Assembly (NCBI RefSeq): GCF_000143415.4
Contig: NW_003314268.1
Span: 1,844,672-1,908,671, forward strand
DNA length: 64,000 bases
Direction: 5' to 3'
Source: Selaginella moellendorffii
Taxonomy: Eukaryota > Plantae > Lycopodiophyta
The notes beneath the pieces were generated by a model. That model had not been told where the DNA came from, made no database searches, and saw only the letters and a list, made by a program, of their open reading frames with translations. Made by a program: the position numbers and the translations under genes. Of this stretch, positions 36,293-47,720 are shown piece by piece (the stretch's first letter is position 1; the number at the start of each line of letters is the position of its first letter).

Positions 36293-39118
36293 TTAATGAA
36301 TCTCACCTTGAACCCGGGTTATGAATGCTCTTGCTGCATCTCTTGCATGGTCTGGCAAGGTGATGGTGGCACTCTGCTTCCGCATCCAACCATGCACAAC
36401 ATTATCCACCGATATGCTCACGCTGGGATCCCTTGGATTCAGCACCCATCTCTTTTCTAGGCAATCCTTCGTATATTCGGAACTTGGCTTGAACCACTCC
36501 ACAGTTACATTGAAGGAGTTAGTTTCCGCGTCCTCCTCTACATCAGTGATGCAGCGCCCCACCCATATCATTTGTTTTTTATTACTGGGTCTGACAAGCA
36601 CGACCATTCCTTTGCAGACCTGTACTAGATTGAATGCTGAATCTGGCTTCTTGTTCCTCGGCCCACAATAGTGATCCTCAACATCGTTATCTGTCACTGC
36701 ATTTCCAGAGGACATTGTTCTGCTACTATCTGGTGCTCTGGGTTCTGGCCAAAAGGACTCTTCCAATTCTTCATATACAACCGGCCCATTTTGGATAGCA
36801 GATATAATCTTCTCCCAGTATTCGAGCAAAGGCTTGCACCTCTTAAAATAGGATTCTCCACCAAACACCAACCCCCTCTTCCAGAAGGCAATATGCTGTC
36901 TAATCCCGGCCACTATACTTTCCTGGTCTTTGAGTCCATCCGGGTGCATCGGCCGTGGGGAACCCTGAGGAATCATAGGTTCCCCAGTTATGGGATCTCT
37001 CTTGAAGAGTTCAATGCCGTCCACTGGCAGCCACACTATGTCCCATTCTCTCATCTTGTACCCCATCACTGGAGCACCGTCACGCATGCTGAAATGAAAC
37101 TGAAGAGGCTTGGAGTGGCCAATCAGCGTTTCAGATCCGTCCCTAATGTAGCCTCTTACAAACCCCTTAAAGTCTGGAACCTCTGTCACAAGTGCAGCTT
37201 CAACAGTGCCTTTGATGCAATTTTGGAATTCATCGTAGAGTTGTGGGAGGGTGAGGACATTGGATCGCCGGAGGGACTCTGCTAGGTGACTGAACATGGC
37301 ATTGACGTCTTCATGAGTGTGCCCAACCATGAGAAAGCCAAGTGTAACCGTTTCAAATATGCCTTTGGCAACAAGCATCGCCAAGTACGCGAAGACGTAC
37401 ATGTTTTTGTTCTCACTGCCAGCATTGTCTGTTTGGAGCAGAAGATGGGGTGGAAGGCCACATCAGCCGCAAGAACTTCCTTGAGATTCTGCTTCGTTTG
37501 GATGAGGCTGTGCATTCACCGGGCGACCAGCCTCGTCGAAATGGCATGAGGCCTCACGTGATAACCCTACAATTTGACGGCCAACATATTCACTGGGATG
37601 GCATTGGGCCCCACGCGATACTGCAAGCCTTTGCTCCTCCTCCAGCTGAACCCTGTATGGGGTTCGATCGACAAGGGCCTTATGCAAGGGTTGGCCGTTC
37701 AGCTTAGTCTGCGCACTTTGCAGAGACCTTAAGTGTTTTGCTAGGGACGCAATCATCATGTTTGCACCCCCGCCACCCCATAGAGGTACAAAGAAGTTCC
37801 CATAGTTCTGGGCACTATGCCCATGAGCAATTATGCCAAACAGAGACACAGGCAGCTGCATGGATGAAGAGATTGCCTTGGGGGCAGGATTGAGTCAAGG
37901 TAAGCACGTCTTTTTCTGGTCCATTTTGTCGTGGATGATGCAGAGGTAAGAGTTAGGTCTCTCCATGGAGAGAATCCTGTTATGATAATATGCAGTTCTA
38001 CAGCTTCTCTGCTCGATGTTGTGGTCGAGCCGCCTTCTAACCAACATTTCTCGCTCTTGAGCGCTGCAAGAATTCTTCGACAAAGCCATTTTGATAGCAG
38101 TGCACTCGTCACACTTTGAAAAGCTGGAGTACTTTCCTATACTCACATCCCTGAACCTGTTGCTCCACAATCTACTAAATCTAGATTGGCTCAGCTTCCT
38201 GTAGCCATTACTCTGGAGTTCCCGATTCACATCTTCCAATATAGCCCCCTTGGTATACATGGAAGGGAGAACTCGTTGGGTGTCTCGTGTTCCATCTTCC
38301 AAGAGGCGGGTTTTATGTGGTTGCTGCTCGCTACATGTCTCGACAAACCTCTTGAAGATTGCCTCTCGATATACAACATGACCCCTGGTTTTGTGCGTAC
38401 CGTCATTCCCATGGACTGCCTGTTGAACCCTTTGTTCCTCGAACTCAGTTTTGATTCTGTAGAATGTGGTTCGAGGGACTCCATAAATGATTCTCCATGC
38501 CTTCATGCAGACCAAACCCCTCTGGAAGACCATGCCCCCCACCTGATGTTCTGAAGCATCAACAGATGACCGTAATGCCTCATACACAAAATTGCGAGCT
38601 GCCTTCCAGGACAATGTCTTGTATCTTGCTCTCTCCTCTTCAATAGCATCCCAATCAGCATGTTGATAGCACCTCCTCTTGCAACAAGCAACTGTCGAGA
38701 CCATTCGAACCTCCATCGCCATTTTCTACCTTTTCGGTTCGTTGCTCAGATCCCTTTAGCTGCACTTTAGGAAGGTGTACTTTCTTTTCCCATGAAGAGA
38801 TGTTCTGTCATTAGTTGTAGTGGTGTTTGATTGTGAATCCTTCACATTCTCAAACACTAAGTGCCTCAATTTCCACCGCACAATGCTTCCAATAGTCAGA
38901 CTGTTTTCTTCTGTGTCAACAACCTCTAAAATCGCAACTCCAATATCATCCCAGCCCAATTCTTGATTAGCAACCGCATCTCTTGGATCGACAACTGTGG
39001 CTAAGCCCTCAACTACCACCTCCCCCTCGGGGTTGTTTAGAAACACCTTTGCCTGAATCCATGTAGTATGGTTCTTAAGATCCATGGAGGGAACATGCGT
39101 CGCACTTGCGGAGGCCAT
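36293..39118 (-). pseudogene. Sola-like/DUF7869-type DDD transposase, copy A (3 nonsense codons, 243-bp in-frame N-terminal deletion)
   Basis: One frame across ORFs 38756-39118, 37895-38722, 37463-37861 and 36293-37402. Motifs CCKRRC, VCMKAW, FSKCDEC, IIHDKMDQKK, LQTDNAGSENKN, FLMVGHTHEDVN. Confidence 0.85.
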
Positions 39119-41209
39119 TCTGAAAGTGTAGAAAAGAAGTTAAGACCATATAAAAAATGATTGGAGAATGGCCTAAATCATAACATACCAAACAACCTCA
39201 ATAGCATGAGGCCACATGCCATTATTCAAACATGCTATTGACACCCACGTGAAATTTCACATTCACAAAATTGGCATGAGCCCTCATGCCATCTTGATAA
39301 ACACACAGCTACAGGCAAGTAAAGAAACTATTGGCAATATGCTAGTGATGAACTTGCAAGGCCCAAGATGGCATGAGCCCTCATACCATTAGTGGTATCG
39401 TAGCGCCGCTCGCACCACCGCAACTGCTCGTAGCGCCGCTTGCACAAACTGCCACTCGCATAAACTGCCGCTCGCAATGGCGCTCGCAATGCCGCAACCG
39501 CTCGTAGACACATAAACCACAGCTCACAATGCCGCTTACACAAGCAGCGCTCACTATGCTCAGCGGAACCAGCGGAACCATCGATCCAGCTGTGCCATGT
39601 TAGTGATTCGAACTTTGCCATGCCGTGTCAGCGATCTGCGCCAAGATTATTCGCCGTGTAAAGGAATAATTATGCTGTGTGTGTACATCCATTTATGGCA
39701 ATATAAGGCCACACGCCATTCAAAGAATAATGCTAGTCAAGCATTTTTTGGTGCATTTTTTGGTTCAAAATTGCATGAGCCCACACGCTATAAGTTTACC
39801 TGTACCAAAAATAGAAACAGCTTTATTTACTTGGGAATTTAAGTGGTTGAGGCATTTTTAAACTTACAAACACATGCCCTACTTACATTCCTTTGGTTGC
39901 TTAAAATTCAAAACTATTATAAACCTTTCTTTTTGCATTTTCAATGTTTTCAATTATGGTTTTTGATTTTTACAAGACCAGCCTAGTAATCTATTTGCAT
40001 CCCATCATGTTTATAGCTAGCTTTCGTTTGTCCCCTTCGCTAGCCTGAGATACATCTACTCGACATCTGCCTCTTACAGCATTTGCCCAGAAAGGGCATC
40101 TTTCTTCACGCAGCATTTGCCACATATTTAAGGAGGGTTTAGGGTTTAGCAATTCAGTAGCTTGATAAACATGCAAATACAGAACTTGATGCAAAATCCT
40201 TTGATATGTCACAATGCCCCTAGGACCATAAACACATTTCAATAGAGAGGGTCCTTTCATTTCATAACTCCTTACGTAGATCTTGGTGAAACCAGAGTTA
40301 GTGAAGTTGGTTTTTTGTGATCCTGCATCTAATTGTGATGTCCCTTTGCAGTGTCGATGGAAAGGTCAATGTACAACAAACTGTAGAATCTTGGAGCAAA
40401 ATAACGGTCGGATCTATGGCAAATGCCCCTGAAACATTGTAAGGCTCGTGTGGTCTCATGTGGTGTCCGATCGAGATGCTTCTTTGCAGGGTCATCAAGA
40501 AGGACATTGTATACCATTCTTTATTTAGCTGAACATCTTGCATTTTTGGAAATACAAGATGCTTTGGAATATCCAATCATGCATGGTATAAATATAGCGA
40601 GGGTATTAAATGATATCCCAATCATGATCTTTCTTTTGGATTTCGCGTGCATGCAGTCCGAGGAATGATGACGTTGCGGATTTCTTTTGGATTTCACGTG
40701 CATGCATGCGCGCGGCGATCCAGAAATTAATGGTGGCGCCCAAGTCCAAGGAATAATGACGTGGTGGGATTACCAACCGTCGTGACATTTCGCGCGTATG
40801 AGGTTAGGTTTTGCATTTTGCTTCGTACTCACGCTCGCATCGCGCTCCCACTCGCGATCACGCTCACATTCGCGCTCATCTACCTTCTCTACAGGTTTCT
40901 CGTGTGCATCGGCGTCCACTCGCGCTTGCATCACACTCGCGCTCGCATCGCGCTCGTGTGCATCGGCATCCACTTCAAGACACACCCAGTTTGTAACTTC
41001 GCCGCCAACTCCGCCGCCCACTCCGCCACCCACATGCAGCCCACTTGGCGTCCCGGGAGATTTCAGTGCCACTCTCCAACTGTAAGTGGCAGAGTAGCCT
41101 TGCTGCTACGATCCGCTGCACACATAGTGCACATTTGCCAGCGAGTCCGGCCTCGATTGTTACGCCTCCATTTGGCTTCAAATGGTAAGTCTTTTAGGCC
41201 AAGTAGAAA

Positions 41210-41231
41210 ATGGCATGAGGCCACATGCCAT
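41210..41231. repeat. Type copy of the dispersed 22-bp palindrome ATGGCATGAGGCCACATGCCAT
   Basis: Further copies in copy A near 35204, 35293, 35706, 35893, 36053, 36199, 37541, 37598, 39201, 39271, 39369, 39700, 39771, 41288, 41347, 42624, 42943, 44020, 44095, 45331, 45486, 45622, 45880, 46016, 46111, 46216 and 46357. Orthologous sites occur in B and C. Confidence 0.95.
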
Positions 41232-41423
41232 TCAGTAGCAACATTGGCATGCACCGATTGGGCTCTCGAGTGCAGTCCGGTTACAGATGGCGTGTAGCCT
41301 CACGCCATCTTAGGATGCAGCCTCAAGACATCTGATGCAGTGGTGAATGGCGTGTGGCCTCACGTTATTTCCAGCTGCTAGCTTTTCATCTGTCAGCTCT
41401 AATTGTTGTGCATTTATGAACAG

Positions 41424-42780
41424 GCGAGGAATTGCGTTCTTCTTCCAGCCACTGTCAATGTGGATGCAGAGAAGGGGGAGGAGCTCACTAGTTGGACTTT
41501 CGGGATGGAAGGCGAGGATTTGAGGCTGTACAACACAGATGGTGGGAGAAAAGAATGCATGGGGATCCTCATCCAAGTGACAGACACTCCATGCAGTTCC
41601 ATGCAAGAATATGGACTGGCACTTGTGGTAGAGACAGCGTCCGCCTTCAAAATCCACCTTGCACATCGTAGCGGCTTCCCGGAGGGGGGCAACGGCTATG
41701 AGGAATTCCTAGAGGGAGCTAGGGAGAGGTTGTCCAGGAGGCCCACAATTTCAAAGATGCTGCGGGTCTATGAAGATCACATGGAATCCACGGACCTCAC
41801 CTACGGCGATATTCAAAAACTATATTCCAACATTGAGCCGTTGCGAGTGACTCCAGTTCGCGAAGCGAAGGGGAAGGGGGTCGATCTGGAAACTACCCCG
41901 AAGCAGAAAAGGGTGGTCAAGCTCAAGCCGACGTCCGACTCTCCTGCTCCAAAAAAGAAGCTACCCGGTGATGCCATTGCCTCGGGTTCGAACACTACAC
42001 CCACCAAAAACAAGAGCCGTAAAGAGCAGAAAGAGCAAGAAGAGGCAGCAAAAATCGTCACAGATAATAGTACTTGTTACTATTCCAACAAAGTATATAC
42101 AATCGACGTGAGCCACATTGACATCCAAAGCAAATACAACCACAGGCTTGTATCTGATGAGTGGGTGGAGAAACTGAAGCAGAAGATGCTGGCAAGTCCA
42201 GTAACACCCGACATTGCAGACGTGATCCCCTACTACTGAACAATGAAGGGCGAGACGAGGTTTCCAGACTTGATCAATAGGAAGGTGTTGGACGATCAGA
42301 ACATCCGGTTCTATGCCGTCTCCAGGCAGCATTTTAGCTTGGCGATGCAAGAGATAGTTGTGGATATTATGGTGGGCGAGGAGGTGAAGAAAGTCTTCAA
42401 GACAAGAGTTGTCCACCTGATAAAAGGCAACTCGCCCCTCCGATCTATCATATACATCTCCCACACGCAGAATGTCAAGCAAGAAACGTGCTACAAATTG
42501 GGTTTACACGAGACATTGGCACGAACACGGAAGCTCTGGGTTCAACTGAAGAAGCCACAAAAACCAGGACAAGGACGTGCACTAGAAACTAGCGCCTGGC
42601 AGGTAAGCCTCGTTGCATGTGGCATAGCATGTGGCCTCACGCCATTTCCATTGCAGGAATTCTCGAGTCTTCTCTCGAAAACACTGAGGGTCAATGACAC
42701 ACTCAGCATCCATAACATTCTACTCGCGACAAAAGTTGTTTTTGACAAATGGGTAGATGTGCTGAGGAGGTACCATGACA
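41424..42780 (+). pseudogene. Multi-domain gene, 5' half (contains the ParB/Srx-like domain), copy A
   Basis: IDVSHIDIQSKYNHRLVSDEWVEKLKQKM...FYAVSRQHFSLA resembles the ParB N-terminal R-x-x-D/E-x-x-V-x-x-L and Y-x-I-D-G-x-H-R boxes. Intron 42603-42656. TGA at 42237 where copy C has CGA. True start codon uncertain. Confidence 0.6.
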
Positions 42781-42998
42781 ATATTGGCTCAGTTGCTCCG
42801 AGTCTAGATGGAGCCCAAGTCCCCATTCAATCTTTACTTTCCCCTTATTAATAAAACAACTTCGTAGACTTCCAATAATATGTTGTAACACTTCTAGTAT
42901 AATGCAAATCCTTTCAAAGAATTGTCTTTTAATATTAATACAATGGCATGGAACCCCATGCCATAATAAGTTACATTTTTAACTAAATACATGCCATC

Positions 42999-45900
42999 TC
43001 AGACTGTTATTTTTTGCCTCCAACGCCTATACAATAATCTTGGAATTTCATCACTCTCCACACTATCAGGATTTAAACCCAATAGTAATGCCATCTCTTC
43101 TCTAATACATCCACGCTCATGTTCAGTGATCGAAGAACCCATCCAGTTGAGCAGATTATGGAGATGCGGATAGTGCTTGGCTAGACAATATACATGCCAT
43201 AAATGATGACTGGTGTCTGTCCGATCAAATGGCTTCTGATATACCGTTCCATCTGCCATTTGGTTGATTTCTGCTGCCACCTCCTGGACTGGCCGGTTCT
43301 CTATCACCATCGCTCCAAGCCGTTTTGCAAGGTCCCCCAGAACATACGGTTTCTTCTCCCTAGTTTCCATACTGCAAGAGATGGGGTGCACTGCATATGT
43401 GTGCGTGTTCGCTGCAGTTTTAATCAGCGAGTCATCGATGATGAGGATTTCACTTGACCTAGCAATCCGGTTCATCACTACAGCCTCTAGCTTGACGAAG
43501 ATGGGCTTGCTACCCCTCACATGGACCATAGTCAAGCAATCCTCCTACGTTAGGAGAAAGTCAAATGGTAATATTACTTGCGTCTGATTGTGCATCATCT
43601 GTAGCAACGTTAATGCATTGTGGCGCATCATGGATGTCCAAACTCCCAATTGCAAATTGAACCCAGCCCTCTGTTTTAAGTGTCGCATGGTCATTATTAG
43701 ATCCCGCAGTTTCTCCCGTGTGATTAATGTGAATCTGTCTCTTTTGACCAACTTGCGACCGCAGGCTTTGGAGGGTGCAGTGACATTCGAGGACGAGCCA
43801 CGCTCATGGGAGAAAAGGACACCGTTCAGATCAATAATGATACAGTACCTTTGCCGTGACTCTGAAATGAAATGCGTCAGCATAAAAAATGGTACAAGTC
43901 AATTTTACCATCTACAATATTAGCGAATGGTGCTCCCGATGGTCGTTGAGAGGGTTTTGGTCGAGGAAACGTGAAGGGCGCAAATACTCTCCTCTGCAAT
44001 GTGGGGTCAATCGCATCCGATGGCGTGTGGGCACATGCCATTTCAGCTGTAGACTCTGGTACAACTGGCTCAATAGTGGCATGGGGTGGTTCTGATGGCG
44101 TGTGATCACACGCCATTTCAGTTGGTGCCTCCGTTGGCAAAGTGGACATGACCGAACAGGCAGCAAGGGCGGTGTAGGGAGGTTCCAACGGCGCATAGTC
44201 AGACGATTGGGCACACGTTGAGTCCGTTGGAAATGAGGATACGACCGGCTCGACGGCTGGGGCGGCCTCATGCGGGTCCAATGGCGCCTGGTCACCGTCA
44301 GTTGGATACGTGGACAAGATTGACTCAGTGGTATGGGCAGCATCAAGTGGAGCGTGGTCAGCTTGCTTGGCGTTGATATGGATAGTAGCCTCCACCAGTT
44401 CTGATGACTCTTGCAGGCAAGTAGAGTCCACTGGCGGATCCATATGCATGTCCAAATATCTCCCTTCGATTGAGATGGTATCCTCCCGTGCTACTAAAAA
44501 CAAACTCATTAGCACATTGAATTGACTATACTGTATTTACCATCAACTGCTATTGAGGAACTAGGACCAATATCACTTGGGTGCACTACTGATTCTAAAG
44601 GATTGAACATACGTTTCGACCCTTGCTTGGCACTATCCTTCCTCGACACTAAAGGCTAGAGTTTGTATCTTAATTCAACTGAATAATCTCTACTTACCAT
44701 TTGCTCTGCGACCTACATGGACAATGTTAGAAATGGTAAAAGGTTAGGAATGGATGTACTATTATTTACCTGATGGTTTGTCTTGTATGACCTTCCTCCG
44801 CTGCTCTTTGGCCACCTCAGGCTGGCCATCGTCGTCATCATCGTCGTCGTCGTTATTGTGATCGTCACCATTGTGAGGACCATCCAAGTCCTCTTCGTCC
44901 TCCTCTTCTTCGTCCTCCTCTTCTTTGTCCTCCTCTTCGTCCTTCTGCTCTTCCTGCTCATTATCTTTCTCTGGCTCCTTATCCCCCTCCTACATTTCTT
45001 CCATAGGCTGCTCAGGCTGGATGGCTTGTTCTTCCAGGACCATCTTGGGAAAATCATCTGGCCCAATCTCCATCTCAAAATACAAGACATCCATAGCCTG
45101 TTTTAGTGCGTGACCTAGGACCATATCCTCACCCGACTGTCTTAACATGGTTTCTGCACGTTCTTGCACCCTTCGAAGACGACGAGATGAGAAAAACGTG
45201 GCCCTGACTTGAAAAGCATCCCTCATCCATTGTACCTCTCCATTGAGATTGGGGAAGGGGAGTCCACCATAGGAATCTGAGTCAGGAGGTGGTGACTGGC
45301 TGCTTTCACTCAGCCCTTGATCTGCAATGAATGGCATGAGCACACACGCCATAACCGTGAGGCATTACCTATCATCTTTTCATTGCCCTTCTTCCTTTTC
45401 GAATCAAACGCCTCTGATCCCGACGACTGTCCAACGTGCTTTCGCTTTTTATGACCACTGTCAGTTTGAGCTTGATCTGCAAGAAATGGCATGAGGACCC
45501 ACGCAATAACCATGACGCTTTACTTCCCGTCCTTGGAGGCTCTGTCGTGCCTTCGGCATCCTCAGGTGCCTGCTCCTCAATTCCCTTTCGCTTTCGTTTT
45601 TTATGCACCCGTTCTACAGAAATAGCATGAGGACATACGCGATAAGCATACAAATGCTTTTACCCTTCCTCCTCTGCCCTGGTCGGTTGTCCATCTCTTT
45701 GTCTACAGCGTCTGAAAGTTGTTTTGTAGGTAGCCTAATTCAAGGTTCACGACATCTCCTTGGCACTTGAACTGTATATTATTGCATCAACACATGCAAC
45801 ATCCCATAATATTTTTAAGTTACCTTTCATAAAGTTTTCCATTGGTTCAACTCGTTCCCCTGAAATACAAACTTAGATAAGTGCATAGGGCCATATGTCA

Positions 45901-47720
45901 TGATCGTACCTGTTTCGGAACTCTCCTTATCACTCTTCGAGGCCTCCCCCTCCTCCACTGGAGGCACGTTGTTCCGTTCGATTTCCTCGATGCGATCTGC
46001 AAGAACATTAGTTAATTGAGTGGGGCCACACGCCATCAAACCTTCAGGTTCTTGTCGTGAGGTCTGCGCTGCTTGCCTTAGTCTCTTTGGAATTTGAGCT
46101 GCAAGAAGCAATGGCATGAGAATTCACGTATAACAAAAATGATTGGTACCTCTCGTCCGTTGTACTTGGCTGGTGCTTGCTTGTTTTGCCTTTGAAGAAG
46201 TGTCTCCTGCAAGGAATGGCATGAGACCACACGCCATTGCAAATATAATTTGTACCTCCTTTTTTCCTATTGCTTGTCTGTTTGTCCTTCTTCGATGCGC
46301 CACCAGTGCGCTTTTCAGTCCTCGTGTCTGAATATTCACAACGATCTATAATCAAAATGGCGTGAGGCCTCACGTGACCTTACCTTGTGCAAGTTGTGAG
46401 CTCGGCCCAACATGGGTATCTTCAACAGTAGCTGTTAACACCGTTTCAGCATCTGGGGGTGGCCACACTCCTGCATACAGAGCTTGTGAGATAACATTTA
46501 AACTTAAAGTGCGTACTCACTAGGTTCGCAGAGAAGATACTATTTTTCTTTGGCAACTGTAATTATATGCTCCATTGAAGTCACCTCTTCAATGGAGTTT
46601 GTCACCGCAACACACGGGACACCCTTGAGTAGTGCGGCTTGAAACAATAGTCCGCCGCAGTTGTACTCGACAACGCATTTGCCCTTGGAGTCGGAAGCAG
46701 GTGACCCACCCACTATTGCGTTGAAGACCCAGTTGAGCATTTCCCATGCTGCACCTGGAGCTTTCTCTGGATTCGAAAGCTCCATAGCCGTCTTCAGTTC
46801 CTCAGGCACGGGTAAATTGACCTCCCTCAGATCAATTCGATCGGCCTTGTCGAATGAAGCTGGGAAGTCACTCCAGTCCCACTCTGCTGCAGGACCAATA
46901 ACAAGGGCGAGTGTGAAGATGCGGACATTCGTCGGTATCTTCTTCTTAGCCATTATCCCATGGATCTCCCGCATCTCTTTGCCTTTCAACCGAGCCTTCA
47001 CCTCGTTCAAGGCCTTCCAGAACTTGTGATAGGATTCGGAGTCATAGATCATATAGTGGACTGAAGATTCCACCTCTACAAGTCCCACCATTAAGTCAAT
47101 GATGGAGCTGACTTCGTCTGCATGAGTGATCTCCTCGTTTGTGAAGTCCATCACACAAAAGATGTTCTTGACCTGCTCATCTCCGCGGGAAACGATGCTC
47201 CTCCACCTTTGATCCTCATCTGAATTCACGTATACCCAGTAAGGTTCTCGATAAGCCTCTGCTGCGGGGTTGAGCTGTTTCTGAAGCCGGCGGTCGACAT
47301 CCCTCTTAATGAAATTTGGATACTGATCCAACTTCTCAGCTTTACTTTTCGTGGCATCCCGCAGCAGATCGATGAACTTGGGGGCCCCCTTCACGTACTT
47401 GTCGATGTCTTCATTTGACAACTCCAGCTCTTCCATCATCTCTTGCGTGGTGTCGATCCTCACCCTCTCCACGGCCACTTGCTCGAAGATCCAATCCTTC
47501 AATAGTGCACGAGCTCTCAGAGTCGTGCACAAGTCCTCGTATGTCATAATATGGCCGGGAGTCATTTTGGTCTTGTTGAAGACTACCTCACCACGTAGAA
47601 GAGCATTAGCCACTGTCAGAAGGTCGTCGTCGTCTAGAGACCGCGAGAAACGCAAGGCGTTGAGCTTCAAATCATTGGGCTTCCGGCCGTCCTCCACACC
47701 CATTGAGTTTAGCAACTCCC
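42999..47720 (-). pseudogene. Multi-domain gene, 3' half (helical region, degenerate amino-MTase-like domain, multi-exon linker, FCP1/NIF HAD phosphatase), copy A, inverted
   Basis: Copy C shows YHD|RELLN contiguous. Phase-1 GT-AG introns keep one frame from ~46520 to 43862. C-terminal IIIDLNGVL...GVWTS...KPIFVK...LIIDDSLIK...HP motifs. Confidence 0.7.

Larger units (their letters stand above)
34756..47720 (+). mobile_element. Large DNA transposon, copy A (segment 42781-47720 inverted relative to the rest)
   Basis: Terminus AGCTCTATTTCGTTAAAGTGGG shared with 49089 and (inverted) 61413. Contains the transposase, the multi-domain gene and dispersed palindromes. Confidence 0.88.

Noticed and set aside
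36321-37707. Plus-strand ORFs opposite the transposase (and equivalents at 50747-52133)
   Set aside because: Antisense shadows with no recognisable motifs.
42795-42814. Helitron-like terminal hairpin as the right end of the large element
   Set aside because: Only a 5-bp stem with no terminal CTRR, and it lies at a rearrangement breakpoint, so it cannot be taken as the true end.
45322-46383. CRISPR-like array (palindromic repeat with unique spacers)
   Set aside because: Eukaryotic context, no cas genes, degenerate repeats with irregular spacing, and the spacers read as in-frame exons bounded by GT-AG.
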